Origin: the human T2T-CHM13v2.0 reference genome, Homo sapiens
DNA length: 64,000 bases
NCBI RefSeq assembly: GCF_009914755.1
Contig: NC_060948.1
Reading direction: 5' to 3' (one strand)
The notes below the pieces were generated by a model. It worked only from the letters and a program-made list of their open reading frames with translations, did not search any database and was not told the DNA's origin. The position numbers and the translations under genes were made by a program. Position 1 is the stretch's first letter; each line of letters begins with the position of its first letter. This document shows positions 22,307 through 44,071 of the stretch, one piece after another.

Positions 22307-24410
22307 AGATCCATATTTTTTAAATGAAAAAAAATTTCAAAGGTACTCTGCTTGGTACAATAATCAAATGTATAAACTGAGGAATAAAACATAACCATGA
22401 AACCTACTTATAACTGCATATGGAAAATACAGAGGATAATTTTTTAAATAACATATTTTGAAAGCCTTAACTAGTAATTTGAAGAGTTGGCATTTGAAAG
22501 GCCAATATGAATATACCTTCAAAGCAGCAACACAGGTTCCCCATGAGAAAAAGCAAACACAGGGAAAATAAAAACACAAAGGTTCAATCTCTTCTGACCT
22601 TTGAAAGACACAGCACAGACAGTGGTCCTTAGGACGAAGAGCAGGAGACCCCTAATTCCGTCACCATGGCGATAGGGCATAAACATTGCTGGGTGAGGGC
22701 ACAATCCACATTGTGAGGTCCAACTGCTGCCAGGAAGACAGGAGTGCTTTTACATAGACCGAAAGGTCATTGAAGGCTCAGAGTTTTGTTTCAAGAACTG
22801 AATCCCAAGCCCACACGTTATTAGGCTGCGCTTCTTAAAACAAGTTATGAGATGGGAAAAAGGGCACCCACAAACTTACGTATACATTATGTATATAATA
22901 ATATACAGTATCATATATATAATATATATAACCTATGTATAATATTGTTTTACATCCTGCATCTTATGTTATATATATTGTATAAAATATAATAATTGAT
23001 AATATATAAGTTTTATAATTATACAATATGACATATAGTATATATTATAATTTATGACATATATAATATATGTTATATGTCATATATAGAATATATTATA
23101 CGGTTAACATACGTATTAAATATAAATTATACATTATATATATTATATATAATATATCTGTTATATGTAATACCCATTATGCATAATATATATATTATGT
23201 CTATGTTATATATAGTATAAAACAACATATAATAATATATAATTGTATATATAAAATGCGATATATAATATATATTATATTTTATAACATATGTAATATA
23301 TATTATATATTATATATAATACGTTGTATGTATAATACCTATATTAAATATATATTATATGACTATGTTATTAATTACATGTCACATGTGTTATATATTA
23401 TATATTTTACATAGAATATACTGGTTACATACAATATATACTATGTTACCTATAATGTATAATTTATTACATGTAAAATAAAGAATGCAATATATTATGT
23501 AAAATTTATAATATACCATATGTGGAATGTCATATATATAACATATAATATATGATATATGATATACAGTATATGATATATAACATACAATATATGATTC
23601 CTAATATATATGGTATACAATATATATTTTATGATATGTATTCTATATGTTTTATATTCTGTTATATATAACTATTTGAAATTATATATAACTGTATAAT
23701 ATTTTATGTAAATATGTAATATAATATATATAATATATAATATATTATATATAACTATATATTATGTTATATATACTTTTATAACATAATTTACATAAAA
23801 TATCATAATATAATATATATTATATTATTTCATATTACATAATATATATTACATATCACCCAATATAACTAACATACATAATATTATAATATAGATTATA
23901 TTATGTTATATTAAATATCATATATATCATGTATCATATATTCTATAATATATATTACACATTATATAATATGTATGTTGTCTATTATGTGATATATATA
24001 ACTATATATATAATTATATTTTTATACATATAACTAGATAAACATGTAATTCTACATATTTTCATTTATAATATGTAGAATTATATAATCATATATAATT
24101 ATTTATATTCTATAAAAAATTTTATCATTATATAAATTATAATATATAAAAATTATAATATGTACTACAAATATATATATTATATATCATATATGATATA
24201 GTACCTTTGTTATATATCATAATACATATAAATGTGTATTATGTTATCTATAATTATATAATTTCATATATAAGATGTATAATATGTATCATATATTACA
24301 TATGTTATGTAATATATATAGTATATATAAGATGACACAGGATAAATATTATATACTATGACATATAAAATATATGAGGTTATATGTTACATATAAGGCA
24401 TAGCACATAA

Positions 24411-24725
<315 letters not shown>

Positions 24726-26830
24726 AGATCCATATTTTTTAAATGAAAAAAAATTTCAAAGGTACTCTGCTTGGTACAATAATCAAATGTATAAACTGAG
24801 GAATAAAACATAACCATGAAACCTACTTATAACTGCATATGGAAAATACAGAGGATAATTTTTTAAATAACATATTTTGAAAGCCTTAACTAGTAATTTG
24901 AAGAGTTGGCATTTGAAAGGCCAGTATGAATATACCTTCAAAGCAGCAACACAGGTTCCCCATGAGAAAAAGCAAACACAGGGAAAATAAAAACACAAAG
25001 GTTCAATCTCTTCTGACCTTTGAAAGACACAGCACAGACAGTGGTCCTTAGGACGAAGAGCAGGAGACCCCTAATTCCGTCACCATGGCGATAGGGCATA
25101 AATATTGCTGGGTGAGGGCACAATCCACATTGTGAGGTCCAACTGCTGCCAGGAAGACAGGAGTGCTTTTACATAGACCGAAAGGTCATTGAAGGCTCAG
25201 AGTTTTGTTTCAAGAACTGAATCCCAAGCCCACACGTTATTAGGCTGCACTTCTTAAAACAAGTTATGAGATGGGAAAAAGGGCACCCACAAACATACGT
25301 ATACATTATGTATATAATAATATACAGTATCATATATATAATATATATAACCTATGTGTAATATTGTTTTACATCCTGCATCTTATGTTATATATATTGT
25401 ATAAAATATAATAATTGATAATATATAAGTTTTATAATTATACAATATGACATATAGTATATATTATAATTTATGACATATATAATATATGTTATATGTC
25501 ATATATAGAATATATTATACGGTTAACATACGTATTAAATATAAATTATACATTATATATATTATATATAATATATCTGTTATATGTAATACCCATTATG
25601 CATAATATATATATTATGTCTATGTTATATATAGTATAAAACAACATATAATAATATATAATTGTATATATAAAATGCGATATATAATATATATTATATT
25701 TTATAACATATGTAATATATATTATATATTATATATAATACGTTGTATGTATAATACCTATATTAAATATATATTATATGACTATGTTATTAATTACATG
25801 TCACATGTGTTATATATTATATATTTTACATAGAATATACTGGTTACATACAATATATACTATGTTACCTATAATGTATAATTTATTACATGTAAAATAA
25901 AGAATGCAATATATTATGTAAAATTTATAATATACCATATGTGGAATGTCATATATATAACATATAATATATGATATATGATATACAGTATATGATATAT
26001 AACATACAATATATGATTCCTAATATATATGGTATACAATATATATTTTATGATATGTATTCTATATGTTTTATATTCTGTTATATATAACTATTTGAAA
26101 TTATATATAACTGTATAATATTTTATGTAAATATGTAATATAATATATATAACTATATAATATATTATATATAACTATATATTATGTTATATATACTTTT
26201 ATAACATAATTTACATAAAATATCATAATATAATATATATTATATTATTTCATATTACATAATATATATTACATATCACCCAATATAAGTAACATACATA
26301 ATATTATAATATAGATTATATTATGTTATATTAAATATCATATATATCATGTATCATATATTCTATAATATATATTACACATTATATAATATGTATGTTG
26401 TCTATTATGTGATATATATAACTATATATATAATTATATTTTTATACATATAACTAGATAAACATGTAATTCTACATATTTTCATTTATAATATGTAGAA
26501 TTATATAATCATATATAATTATTTATATTCTATAAAAAATTTTATCATTATATAAATTATAATATATAAAAATTATAATATGTACTACAAATATATATAT
26601 TATATATCATATATGATATAGTACCTTTGTTATATATCATAATACATATAAATGTGTATTATGTTATCTATAATTATATAATTTCATATATAAGATGTAT
26701 AATATGTATCATATATTACATATGTTATGTAATATATATAGTATATATAAGATGACACAGGATAAATATTATATACTATGACATATAAAATATATGAGGT
26801 TATATGTTACATATAAGGCATAGCACATAA

Positions 26831-27145
<315 letters not shown>

Positions 27146-29250
27146 AGATCCATATTTTTTAAATGAAAAAAAATTTCAAAGGTACTCTGCTTGGTACAAT
27201 AATCAAATGTATAAACTGAGGAATAAAACATAACCATGAAACCTACTTATAACTGCATATGGAAAATACAGAGGATAATTTTTTAAATAACATATTTTGA
27301 AAGCCTTAACTAGTAATTTGAAGAGTTGGCATTTGAAAGGCCAGTATGAATATACCTTCAAAGCAGCAACAAAGGTTCCCCATGAGAAAAAGCAAACACA
27401 GGGAAAATAAAAACACAAAGGTTCAATCTCTTCTGACCTTTGAAAGACACAGCACAGACAGTGGTCCTTAGGACGAAGAGCAGGAGACCCCTAATTCCGT
27501 CACCATGGCGATAGGGCATAAACATTGCTGGGTGAGGGCACAATCCACATTGTGAGGTCCAACTGCTGCCAGGAAGACAGGAGTGCTTTTACATAGACCG
27601 AAAGGTCATTGAAGGCTCAGAGTTTTGTTTCAAGAACTGAATCCCAAGCCCACACGTTATTAGGCTGCGCTTCTTAAAACAAGTTATGAGATGGGAAAAA
27701 GGGCACCCACAAACATACGTATACATTATGTATATAATAATATACAGTATCATATATATAATATATATAACCTATGTATAATATTGTTTTACATCCTGCA
27801 TCTTATGTTATATATATTGTATAAAATATAATAATTGATAATATATAAGTTTTATAATTATACAATATGACATATAGTATATATTATAATTTATGACATA
27901 TATAATATATGTTATATGTCATATATAGAATATATTATACGGTTAATATACGTATTAAATATAAATTATACATTCTATATATTATATATAATATATCTGT
28001 TATATATAATACCCATTATGCATAATATATATATTATGTCTATGTTATATATAGTATAAAACAACATATAATAATATATAATTGTATATATAAAATGCGA
28101 CATATAATATTTATTATATTTTATAACATATGAAATATATATTATATATTATATATAATACGTTGTATGTATAATACCTATATTAAATATATATTATATG
28201 ACTATGTTATTAATTACATGTCACATGTGTTATATATTATATATTTTACATAGAATATACCGGTTACATACAATATATACTATGTTACCTATAATGTATT
28301 ATTTATTACATGTAAAATAAAGAATGCAATATATTATGTATAATTTATAATATACCATATGTGGAATGTCATATATATAACATATAATATATGATATATG
28401 ATATACAGTATATGATATATAACATACAATATATGATTCCTAATACATATGGTATACAATAAATATTTTATGATATGTATTCTATATGTTTTATATTCTG
28501 TTATATATAACTATTTGAAATTATATATAACTGTATAATATTTTATGTAAATATGTAATATAATATATATAACTATATAATATATTATATATAACTATAT
28601 ATTATGTTATATATACTTTTATAACATAATTTACATAAAATATCATAATGTAATATATATTATATTATTTCATATTACATAATATATATTACATATCACC
28701 CAATATAACTAACATACATAATATTATAATATAGATTATATTATGTTATATTAAATATCATCTATATCATGTATCATATATTCTATAATATATATTACAC
28801 ATTATATAATATGAGTGTTGTCTATTATGTGATATATATAACTCTATATATAATTATATTTTTATACATATAACTAGATAAACATGTAATTCTACATATT
28901 TTCATTTATAATATGTAGAATTATATAATCATATATAATTATTTATATTCTATAAAAAATTTTATCTTTATATAAATTATAATATATAAAAATTATAATA
29001 TGTACTACAAATATATATATTATATATCATATATGATATAGTACCTTTGTTATATATCATAATACATATAAATGTGTATTATGTTATCTATAATTATATA
29101 ATTTCATATATAAGATGTATAATATGTATCATATATTATATATGTTATGTAATATATGTAGTATATATAAGATGACACAGGATAAATATTATATACTATG
29201 ACATATAAAATATATGAGGTTATATGTTACATATAAGGCATAGCACATAA

Positions 29251-29565
<315 letters not shown>

Positions 29566-31667
29566 AGATCCATATTTTTTAAATGAAAAAAAATTTCAAA
29601 GGTACTCTGCTTGGTACAATAATCAAATGTATAAACTGAGGAATAAAACATAACCATGAAACCTACTTATAACTGCATATGGAAAATACAGAGGATAATT
29701 TTTTAAATAACATATTATGAAAGCCTTAACTAGTAATTTGAAGAGCTGGCATTTGAAAGGCCAGTATGAATATACCTTCAAAGCAGCAACACAGGTTCCC
29801 CATGAGAAAAAGCAAACACAGGGAAAATAAAAACACAAAGGTTCAATCTCTTCTGACCTTTGAAAGACACAGCACAGACAGTGGTCCTTAGGACGAAGAG
29901 CAGGAGACCCCTAATTCCGTCACCATGGCGATAGGGCATAAACATTGCTGGGTGAGGGCACAATCCACATTGTGAGGTCCAACTGCTGCCAGGAAGACAG
30001 GAGTGCTTTTACATAGACCGAAAGGTCATTGAAGGCTCAGAGTTTTGTTTCAAGAACTGAATCCCAAGCCCACACGTTATTAGGCTGCGCTTCTTAAAAC
30101 AAGTTATGAGATGGGAAAAAGGGCACCCACAAACATACGTATACATTATGTATATAATAATATACAGTATCATATATATAATATATATAACCTATGTATA
30201 ATATTGTTTTACATCCTGCATCTTATGTTATATATATTGTATAAAATATAATAATTGATAATATATAAGTTTTATAATTATAGAATATGACATATAGTAT
30301 ATATTATAATTTATGACATATATAATATATGTTATATGTCATATATAGAATATATTATACGGTTAATATACGTATTAAATATAAATTATACATTCTATAT
30401 ATTATATATAATATATCTGTTATATATAATACCCATTATGCATAATATATATATTATGTCTATGTTATATATAGTATAAAACAACATATAATAATATATA
30501 ATTGTATATATGAAATGCGACATATAATATATATTATATTTTATAACATATATAATATATATTATATATTATATATAATACGTTGTATGTATAATACCTA
30601 TATTAAATATATATTATATGACTATGTTATTAATTACATGTCACATGTGTTATATATTATATATTTTACATAGAATATACTGATTACATACAATATATAC
30701 TATGTTACCTATAATGTATAATTTATTACCTGTAAAATAAAGAATGCAATATATTATGTAAAATTTATAATATACCATATGTGGAATGTCATATATTTAA
30801 CATATAATATATGATATATGATATACAGTATATGATATATAACATACAATATATGATTCCTAATATATATGGTATACAATATATATTTTATGATATGTAT
30901 TCTATATGTTTTATATTCTGTTATATATAACTATTTGAAATTATATATAACTGTATAATATTTTATGTAAATATGTAATATAATATATATAATATATAAT
31001 ATATTATATATAACTATATATTATGTTATATATACTTTTATAACATAATTTACATAAAATATCATAATATAATATATTATATTATTTCCTATTACATAAT
31101 ATATATTACATATCACCCAATATAACTAACATACATAATATTATAATATAGATTATATTATGTTATATTAAATATCATATATATCATGTATCATATATTC
31201 TATAATATATATTACACATTATATAATATGTATGTTGTCTATTATGTGATATATATAACTATATATATAATTATATTTTTATACATATAACTAGATAAAC
31301 ATGTAATTCTACATATTTTCATTTATAATATGTAGAATTATATAATCATATATAATTATTTATATTCTATAAAAAATTTTATCATTATATAAATTATAAT
31401 ATATAAAAATTATAATATGTACTACAAATATATATATTATATATCATATATGATATAGTACCTTTGTTATATATCATAATACATATAAATGTGTATTATG
31501 TTATCTATAATTATATAATTTCATATATAAGATGTATAATATGTATCATATATTACATATATTATGTAATCTATATAGTATATATAAGATGACACAGGAT
31601 AAATATTATATACTATGACATATAAAATATATGAGGTTATATGTTACATATAAGGCATAGCACATAA

Positions 31668-31982
<315 letters not shown>

Positions 31983-34084
31983 AGATCCATATTTCTTAAA
32001 TGAAAAAAAATTTCAAAGGTACTCTGCTTGGTACAATAATCAAATGTATAAACTGAGGAATAAAACATAACCATGAAACCTACTTATAACTGCATATGGA
32101 AAATACAGAGGATAATTTTTTAAATAACATATTTTGAAAGCCTTAACTAGTAATTTGAAGAGTTGGCATTTGAAAGGCCAGTATGAATATACCTTCAAAG
32201 CAGCAACACAGGTTCCCCGTGAGAAAAAGCAAACACAGGGAAAATAAAAACACAAAGGTTCAATCTCTTCTGACCTTTGAAAGACACAGCACAGACAGTG
32301 GTCCTTAGGACGAAGAGCAGGAGACCCCTAATTCCGTCACCATGGCGATAGGGCATAAACATTGCTGGGTGAGGGCACAATCCACATTGTGAGGTCCAAC
32401 TGCTGCCAGGAAGACAGGAGTGCTTTTACATAGACCGAAAGGTCATTGAAGGCTCAGAGTTTTGTTTCAAGAACTGAATCCCAAGCCCACACGTTATTAG
32501 GCTGCGCTTCTTAAAACAAGTTATGAGATGGGAAAAAGGGCACCCACAAACATACGTATACATTATGTATATAATAATATACAGTATCATATATATAATA
32601 TATATAACCTATGTATAATATTGTTTTACATCCTGCATCTTATGTTATATATATTGTATAAAATATAATAATTGATAATATATAAGTTTTATAATTATAG
32701 AATATGACATATAGTATATATTATAATTTATGACATATATAATATATGTTATATGTCATATATAGAATATATTATACGGTTAATATACGTATTAAATATA
32801 AATTATACATTCTATATATTATATATAATATATCTGTTATATATAATACCCATTATGCATAATATATATATTATGTCTATGTTATATATAGTATAAAACA
32901 ACATATAATAATATATAATTGTATATATGAAATGCGACATATAATATATACTATATTTTATAACATATGTAATATATATTATATATTATATATAATACGT
33001 TGTATGTATAATACCTATATTAAATATATATTATATGACTATGTTATTAATTACATGTCACATGTGTTATATATTATATATTTTACATAGAATATACTGA
33101 TTACATACAATATATACTATGTTACCTATAATGTATAATTTATTACCTGTAAAATAAAGAATGCAATATATTATGTAAAATTTATAATATACCATATGTG
33201 GAATGTCATATATTTAACATATAATATATGATATATGATATACAGTATATGATATATAACATACAATATATGATTCCTAATATATATGGTATACAATATA
33301 TATTTTATGATATGTATTCTATATGTTTTATATTCTGTTATATATAACTATTTGAAATTATATATAACTGTATAATATTTTATGTAAATATGTAATATAA
33401 TATATATAATATATAATATATTATATATAACTATATATTATGTTATATATACTTTTATAACATAATTTACATAAAATATCATAATATAATATATTATATT
33501 ATTTCATATTACATAATATATATTACATATCACCCAATATAACTAACATACATAATATTATAATATAGATTATATTATGTTATATTAAATATCATATATA
33601 TCATGTATCATATATTCTATAATATATATTACACATTATATAATATGTATGTTGTCTATTATGTGATATATATAACTATATATATAATTATATTTTTATA
33701 CATATAACTAGATAAACATGTAATTCTACATATTTTCATTTATAATATGTAGAATTATATAATCATATATAATTATTTATATTCTATAAAAAATTTTATC
33801 ATTATATAAATTATAATATATAAAAATTATAATATGTACTACAAATATATATATTATATATCATATATGATATAGTACCTTTGTTATATATCATAATACA
33901 TATAAATGTGTATTATGTTATCTATAATTATATAATTTCATATATAAGATGTATAATATGTATCATATATTACATATATTATGTAATCTATATAGTATAT
34001 ATAAGATGACACAGGATAAATATTATATACTATGACATATAAAATATATGAGGTTATATGTTACATATAAGGCATAGCACATAA

Positions 34085-34399
<315 letters not shown>

Positions 34400-36500
34400 A
34401 GATCCATATTTCTTAAATGAAAAAAAATTTCAAAGGTACTCTGCTTGGTACAATAATCAAATGTATAAACTGAGGAATAAAACATAACCATGAAACCTAC
34501 TTATAACTGCATATGGAAAATACAGAGGATAATTTTTTAAATAACATATTTTGAAAGCCTTAACTAGTAATTTGAAGAGTTGGCATTTGAAAGGCCAGTA
34601 TGAATATACCTTCAAAGCAGCAACACAGGTTCCCCGTGAGAAAAAGCAAACACAGGGAAAATAAAAACACAAAGGTTCAATCTCTTCTGACCTTTGAAAG
34701 ACACAGCACAGACAGTGGTCCTTAGGACGAAGAGCAGGAGACCCCTAATTCCGTCACCATGGCGATAGGGCATAAACATTGCTGGGTGAGGGCACAATCC
34801 ACATTGTGAGGTCCAACTGCTGCCAGGAAGACAGGAGTGCTTTTACATAGACCGAAAGGTCATTGAAGGCTCAGAGTTTTGTTTCAAGAACTGAATCCCA
34901 AGCCCACACGTTATTAGGCTGCGCTTCTTAAAACAAGTTATGAGATGGGAAAAAGGGCACCCACAAACATACGTATACATTATGTATATAATAATATACA
35001 GTATCATATATATAATATATATAACCTATGTATAATATTGTTTTACATCCTGCATCTTATGTTATATGTATTGTATAAAATATAATAATTGATAATATAT
35101 AAGTTTTATAATTATACAATATGACATATAGTATATATTATAATTTATGACATATATAATATATGTTATATGTCATATATAGAATATATTATACGGTTAA
35201 TATACGTATTAAATATAAATTATACATTCTATATATTATATATAATATATCTGTTATATATAATACCCATTATGCATAATATATATATTATGTCTATGTT
35301 ATATATAGTATAAAACAACATATAATAATATATAATTGTATATATAAAATGCGACATATAATATATATTATATTTTATAACATATGAAATATATATTATA
35401 TATTATATATAATACGTTGTATGTATAATACCTATATTAAATATATGTTATATGACTATGTTATTAATTACATGTCACATGTGTTATATATTATATATTT
35501 TACATAGAATATACCGTTTACATACAATATATACTATGTTACCTATAATGTATTATTTATTACATGTAAAATAAAGAATGCAATATATTATGTATAATTT
35601 ATAATATACCATATGTGGAATGTCATATATATAACATATAATATATGATATATGATATACAGTATATGATATATAACATACAATATATGATTCCTAATAC
35701 ATATGGTATACAATATATATTTTATGATATGTATTCTATATGTTTTATATTCTGTTATATATAACTATTTGAAATTATATATAACTGTATAATATTTTAT
35801 GTAAATATGTAATATAATATATATAACTATATAATATATTATATATAACTATATATTATGTTATATATACTTTTATTACATAATTTACATAAAATATCAT
35901 AATATAATATATATTATATTATTTCATATTACATAATATATATTACATATCACCCAATATAACTAACATACATAATATTATAATATAGATTATATTATGT
36001 TATATTAAATATCATCTATATCATGTATCATATATTCTATAATATATATTACACATTATATAATATGTGTGTTGTCTATTATGTGATATATATAACTCTA
36101 TATATAATTATATTTTTATACATATAACTAGATAAACATGTAATTCTACATATTTTCATTTATAATATGTAGAATTATATAATCATGTATAATTATATTG
36201 TATAAAAAATTTTATCATTATATAAATTATAATATATAAAAATTATAATATGTACTACAAATATATATATTATATATCATATATGATATAGTACCTTTGT
36301 TATATATCATAATACATATAAATGTGTATTATGTTATCTATAATTATATAATTTCATATATAAGATGTATAATATGTATCATATATTATATATGTTATGT
36401 AATATATGTAGTATATATAAGATGACACAGGATAAATATTATATACTATGACATATAAAATATATGAGGTTATATGTTACATATAAGGCATAGCACATAA

Positions 36501-36815
<315 letters not shown>

Positions 36816-38920
36816 AGATCCATATTTTTTAAATGAAAAAAAATTTCAAAGGTACTCTGCTTGGTACAATAATCAAATGTATAAACTGAGGAATAAAACA
36901 TAACCATGAAACCTACTTATAACTGCATATGGAAAATACAGAGGATAATTTTTTAAATAACATATTATGAAAGCCTTAACTAGTAATTTGAAGAGCTGGC
37001 ATTTGAAATGCCAGTATGAATATACCTTCAAAGCAGCAACACAGGTTCCCCATGAGAAAAAGCAAACACAGGGAAAATAAAAACACAAAGGTTCAATCTC
37101 TTCTGACCTTTGAAAGACACAGCACAGACAGTGGTCCTTAGGACGAAGAGCAGGAGACCCCTAATTCCGTCACCATGGCGATAGGGCATAAACATTGCTG
37201 GGTGAGGGCACAATCCACATTGTGAGGTCCAACTGCTGCCAGGAAGACAGGAGTGCTTTTACATAGACCGAAAGGTCATTGAAGGCTAAGAGTTTTGTTT
37301 CAAGAACTGAATCCCAAGCCCACACGTTATTAGGCTGCGCTTCTTAAAACAAGTTATGAGATGGGAAAAAGGGCACCCACAAACATACGTATACATTATG
37401 TATATAATAATATACAGTATCATATATATAATATATATAACCTATGTATAATATTGTTTTACATCCTGCATCTTATGTTATATATATTGTATAAAATATA
37501 ATAATTGATAATATATAAGTTTTATAATTATACAGTAAGACATATAGTATATATTATAATTTATGACATATGTAATATATGTTATAAGTCATATATAGAA
37601 TATATTATACGGTTAATATACGTATTAAATATAAATTATACATTATATATATTATATATAATATATCTGTTATATATAATACCCATTATGCATAATATAT
37701 ATATTATGTCTATGTTATATATAGTATAAAACAACATATAATAATATATAAATGTATATATAAAATGCGACATATAATATATATTATATTTTATAACATA
37801 TGTAATATATATTATATATTATATATAATATGTTGTATGTATAATACCTATATTAAATATATATTATATGACTATGTTATTAATTACATGTCACATGTGT
37901 TATATATTATATATTTTACATAGAATATACCGGTTACATACAACATATACTATGTTACCTATAATGTATAATTTATTACATGTAAAATAAAGAATGCAAT
38001 ATATTATGTATAATTTATAATATACCATATGTGGAATGTGATATATATAACATATAATATATGATATATGATATACAGTATATGATATATAACATACAAT
38101 ATATGATTCCTAATATATATCGTATACAATATATATTTTATGATATGTATTCTATATGTTTTATATTCTGTTATATATAACTATTTGAAATTATATATAA
38201 CTCTATAATATTTTATGTAAATATGTAATATAATATATATAACTATATAATATATTATATATAACTATATATTATATTATATATACTTTTATAACATAAT
38301 TTACATAAAATATCATAATATAATATATATTATATTATTTCATATTACATAATACATATTACATATCACCCAATATAACTAACATACATAATATTATAAT
38401 ATAGATTATATTATGTTATATTAAATATCATATATATCATGTATCATATATTCTATAATATATATTACACATTATATAATATGTATGTTGTCTATTATGT
38501 GATATATATAACTATATATATAATTATATTTTTATACATATAACTAGATAAACCTGTAATTCTACATATTTTCATTTATAATATGTAGAATTATATAATC
38601 ATATATAATTATTTATATTCTATAAAAAATTTTATCATTATATAAATTATAATATATAAAAATTATAATATGTACTACAAATATATATATTATATATCAT
38701 ATATGCTATAGTACCTTTGTTATATATCATAATACATATAAATGTGTATTATGTTATCTATAATTATATAATTTCATATATAAGTTGTATAATATGTATC
38801 ATATATTATATATGTTATGTAATATATATAGTATATATAAGATGACACAGGATAAATATTATATACTATGACATATAAAATATATGAGGTTATATGTTAC
38901 ATATAAGGCATAGCACATAA

Positions 38921-39235
<315 letters not shown>

Positions 39236-41337
39236 AGATCCATATTTTTTAAATGAAAAAAAATTTCAAAGGTACTCTGCTTGGTACAATAATCAAATGT
39301 ATAAACTGAGGAATAAAACATAACCATGAAACCTACTTATAACTGCATATGGAAAATACAGAGGATAATTTTTTAAATAACATATTTTGAAAGCCTTAAC
39401 TAGTAATTTGAAGAGTTGGCATTTGAAAGGCCAGTATGAATATACCTTCAAAGCAGCAACACAGGTTCCCCATGAGAAAAAGCAAACACAGGGAAAATAA
39501 AAACACAAAGGTTCAATCTCTTCTGACCTTTGAAAGACACAGCACAGACAGTGGTCCTTAGGACGAAGAGCAGGAGACCCCTAATTCCGTCACCATGGCG
39601 ATAGGGCATAAACATTGCTGGGTGAGGGCACAATCCACATTGTGAGGTCCAACTGCTGCCAGGAAGACAGGAGTGCTTTTACATAGACCGAAAGGTCATT
39701 GAAGGCTCAGAGTTTTGTTTCAAGAACTGAATCCCAAGCCCACACGTTATTAGGCTGCGCTTCTTAAAACAAGTTATGAGATGGGAAAAAGGGCACCCAC
39801 AAACATACGTATACATTATGTATATAATAATATACAGTATCATATATATAATATATATAACCTATGTATAATATTGTTTTACATCCTGCATCTTATGTTA
39901 TATATATTGTATAAAATATAATAATTGATAATATATAAGTTTTATAATTATACAATATGACATATAGTATATATTATAATTTATGACATATATAATATAT
40001 GTTATATGTCATATATAGAATATATTATACGGTTAATATACGTATTAAATATAAATTATACATTCTATATATTATATATAATATATCTGTTATATATAAT
40101 ACCCATTATGCATAATATATATATTATGTCTATGTTATATATAGTATAAAACAACATATAATAATATATAATTGTATATATGAAATGCGACATATAATAT
40201 ATATTATATTTTATAACATATGTAATATATATTATATATTATATATAATACGTTGTATGTATAATACCTATATTAAATATATATTATATGACTATGTTAT
40301 TAATTACATGTCACATGTGTTATATATTATATATTTTACATAGAATATACTGATTACATACAATATATACTATGTTACCTATAATGTATAATTTATTACC
40401 TGTAAAATAAAGAATGCAATATATTATGTAAAATTTATAATATACCATATGTGGAATGTCATATATTTAACATATAATATATGATATATGATATACAGTA
40501 TATGATATATAACATACAATATATGATTCCTAATATATATGGTATACAATATATATTTTATGATATGTATTCTATATGTTTTATATTCTGTTATATATAA
40601 CTATTTGAAATTATATATAACTGTATAATATTTTATGTAAATATGTAATATAATATATATAATATATAATATATTATATATAACTATATATTATGTTATA
40701 TATACTTTTATAACATAATTTACATAAAATATCATAATATAATATATTATATTATTTCATATTACATAATATATATTACATATCACCCAATATAACTAAC
40801 ATACATAATATTATAATATAGATTATATTATGTTATATTAAATATCATATATATCATGTATCATATATTCTATAATATATATTACACATTATATAATATG
40901 TATGTTGTCTATTATGTGATATATATAACTATATATATAATTATATTTTTATACATATAACTAGATAAACATGTAATTCTACATATTTTCATTTATAATA
41001 TGTAGAATTATATAATCATATATAATTATTTATATTCTATAAAAAAATTTATCATTATATAAATTATAATATATAAAAATTATAATATGTACTACAAATA
41101 TATATATTATATATCATATATGATATAGTACCTTTGTTATATATCATAATACATATAAATGTGTATTATGTTATCTATAATTATATAATTTCATATATAA
41201 GATGTATAATATGTATCATATATTACATATATTATGTAATCTATATAGTATATATAAGATGACACAGGATAAATATTATATACTATGACATATAAAATAT
41301 ATGAGGTTATATGTTACATATAAGGCATAGCACATAA

Positions 41338-41652
<315 letters not shown>

Positions 41653-43756
41653 AGATCCATATTTCTTAAATGAAAAAAAATTTCAAAGGTACTCTGCTTG
41701 GTACAATAATCAAATGTATAAACTGAGGAATAAAACATAACCATGAAACCTACTTATAACTGCATATGGAAAATACAGAGGATAATTTTTTAAATAACAT
41801 ATTTTGAAAGCCTTAACTAGTAATTTGAAGAGTTGGCATTTGAAAGGCCAGTATGAATATACCTTCAAAGCAGCAACACAGGTTCCCCGTGAGAAAAAGC
41901 AAACACAGGGAAAATAAAAACACAAAGGTTCAATCTCTTCTGACCTTTGAAAGACACAGCACAGACAGTGGTCCTTAGGACGAAGAGCAGGAGACCCCTA
42001 ATTCCGTCACCATGGCGATAGGGCATAAACATTGCTGGGTGAGGGCACAATCCACATTGTGAGGTCCAACTGCTGCCAGGAAGACAGGAGTGCTTTTACA
42101 TAGACCGAAAGGTCATTGAAGGCTCAGAGTTTTGTTTCAAGAACTGAATCCCAAGCCCACACGTTATTAGGCTGCGCTTCTTAAAACAAGTTATGAGATG
42201 GGAAAAAGGGCACCCACAAACATACGTATACATTATGTATATAATAATATACAGTATCATATATATAATATATATAACCTATGTATAATATTGTTTTACA
42301 TCCTGCATCTTATGTTATATATATTGTATAAAATATAATAATTGATAATATATAAGTTTTATAATTATACAATATGACATATAGTATATATTATAATTTA
42401 TGACATATATAATATATGTTATATGTCATATATAGAATATATTATACGGTTAATATACGTATTAAATATAAATTATACATTCTATATATTATATATAATA
42501 TATCTGTTATATATAATACCCATTATGCATAATATATATATTATGTCTATGTTATATATAGTATAAAACAACATATAATAATATATAATTGTATATATGA
42601 AATGCGACATATAATATATATTATATTTTATAACATATGTAATATATATTATATATTATATATAATACGTTGTATGTATAATACCTATATTAAATATATA
42701 TTATATGACTATGTTATTAATTACATGTCACATGTGTTATATATTATATATTTTACATAGAATATACTGATTACATACAATATATACTATGTTACCTATA
42801 ATGTATAATTTATTACCTGTAAAATAAAGAATGCAATATATTACGTAAAATTTATAATATACCATATGTGGAATGTCATATATTTAACATATAATATATG
42901 ATATATGATATACAGTATATGATATATAACATACAATATATGATTCCTAATATATATGGTATACAATATATATTTTATGATATGTATTCTATATGTTTTA
43001 TATTCTGTTATATATAACTATTTGAAATTATATATAACTGTATAATATTTTATGTAAATATGTAATATAATATATATAATATATAATATATTATATATAA
43101 CTATATATTATGTTATATATACTTTTATAACATAATTTACATAAAATATCATAATATAATATATATTATATTATTTCATATTACATAATATATATTACAT
43201 ATCACCCAATATAACTAACATACATAATATTATAATATAGATTATATTATGTTATATTAAATATCATATATATCATGTATCATATATTCTATAATATATA
43301 TTACACATTATATAATATGTATGTTGTCTATTATGTGATATATATAACTATATATATAATTATATTTTTATACATATAACTAGATAAACATGTAATTCTA
43401 CATATTTTCATTTATAATATGTAGAATTATATAATCATATATAATTATTTATATTCTATAAAAAATTTTATCATTATATAAATTATAATATATAAAAATT
43501 ATAATATGTACTACAAATATATATATTATATATCATATATGATATAGTACCTTTGTTATATATCATAATACATATAAATGTGTATTATGTTATCTATAAT
43601 TATATAATTTCATATATAAGATGTATAATATGTATCATATATTACATATGTTATGTAATATATATAGTATATATAAGATGACACAGGATAAATATTATAT
43701 ACTATGACATATAAAATATATGAGGTTATATGTTACATATAAGGCATAGCACATAA

Positions 43757-44071
<315 letters not shown>

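Noticed and set aside
37505-37729. 74-aa I/Y/N-rich ORF (also at 47177-47401) and the 63-aa ORF at 61532-61723
   Set aside because: These are translations of TA-rich low-complexity DNA, opened by chance loss of stop codons in single unit lineages.
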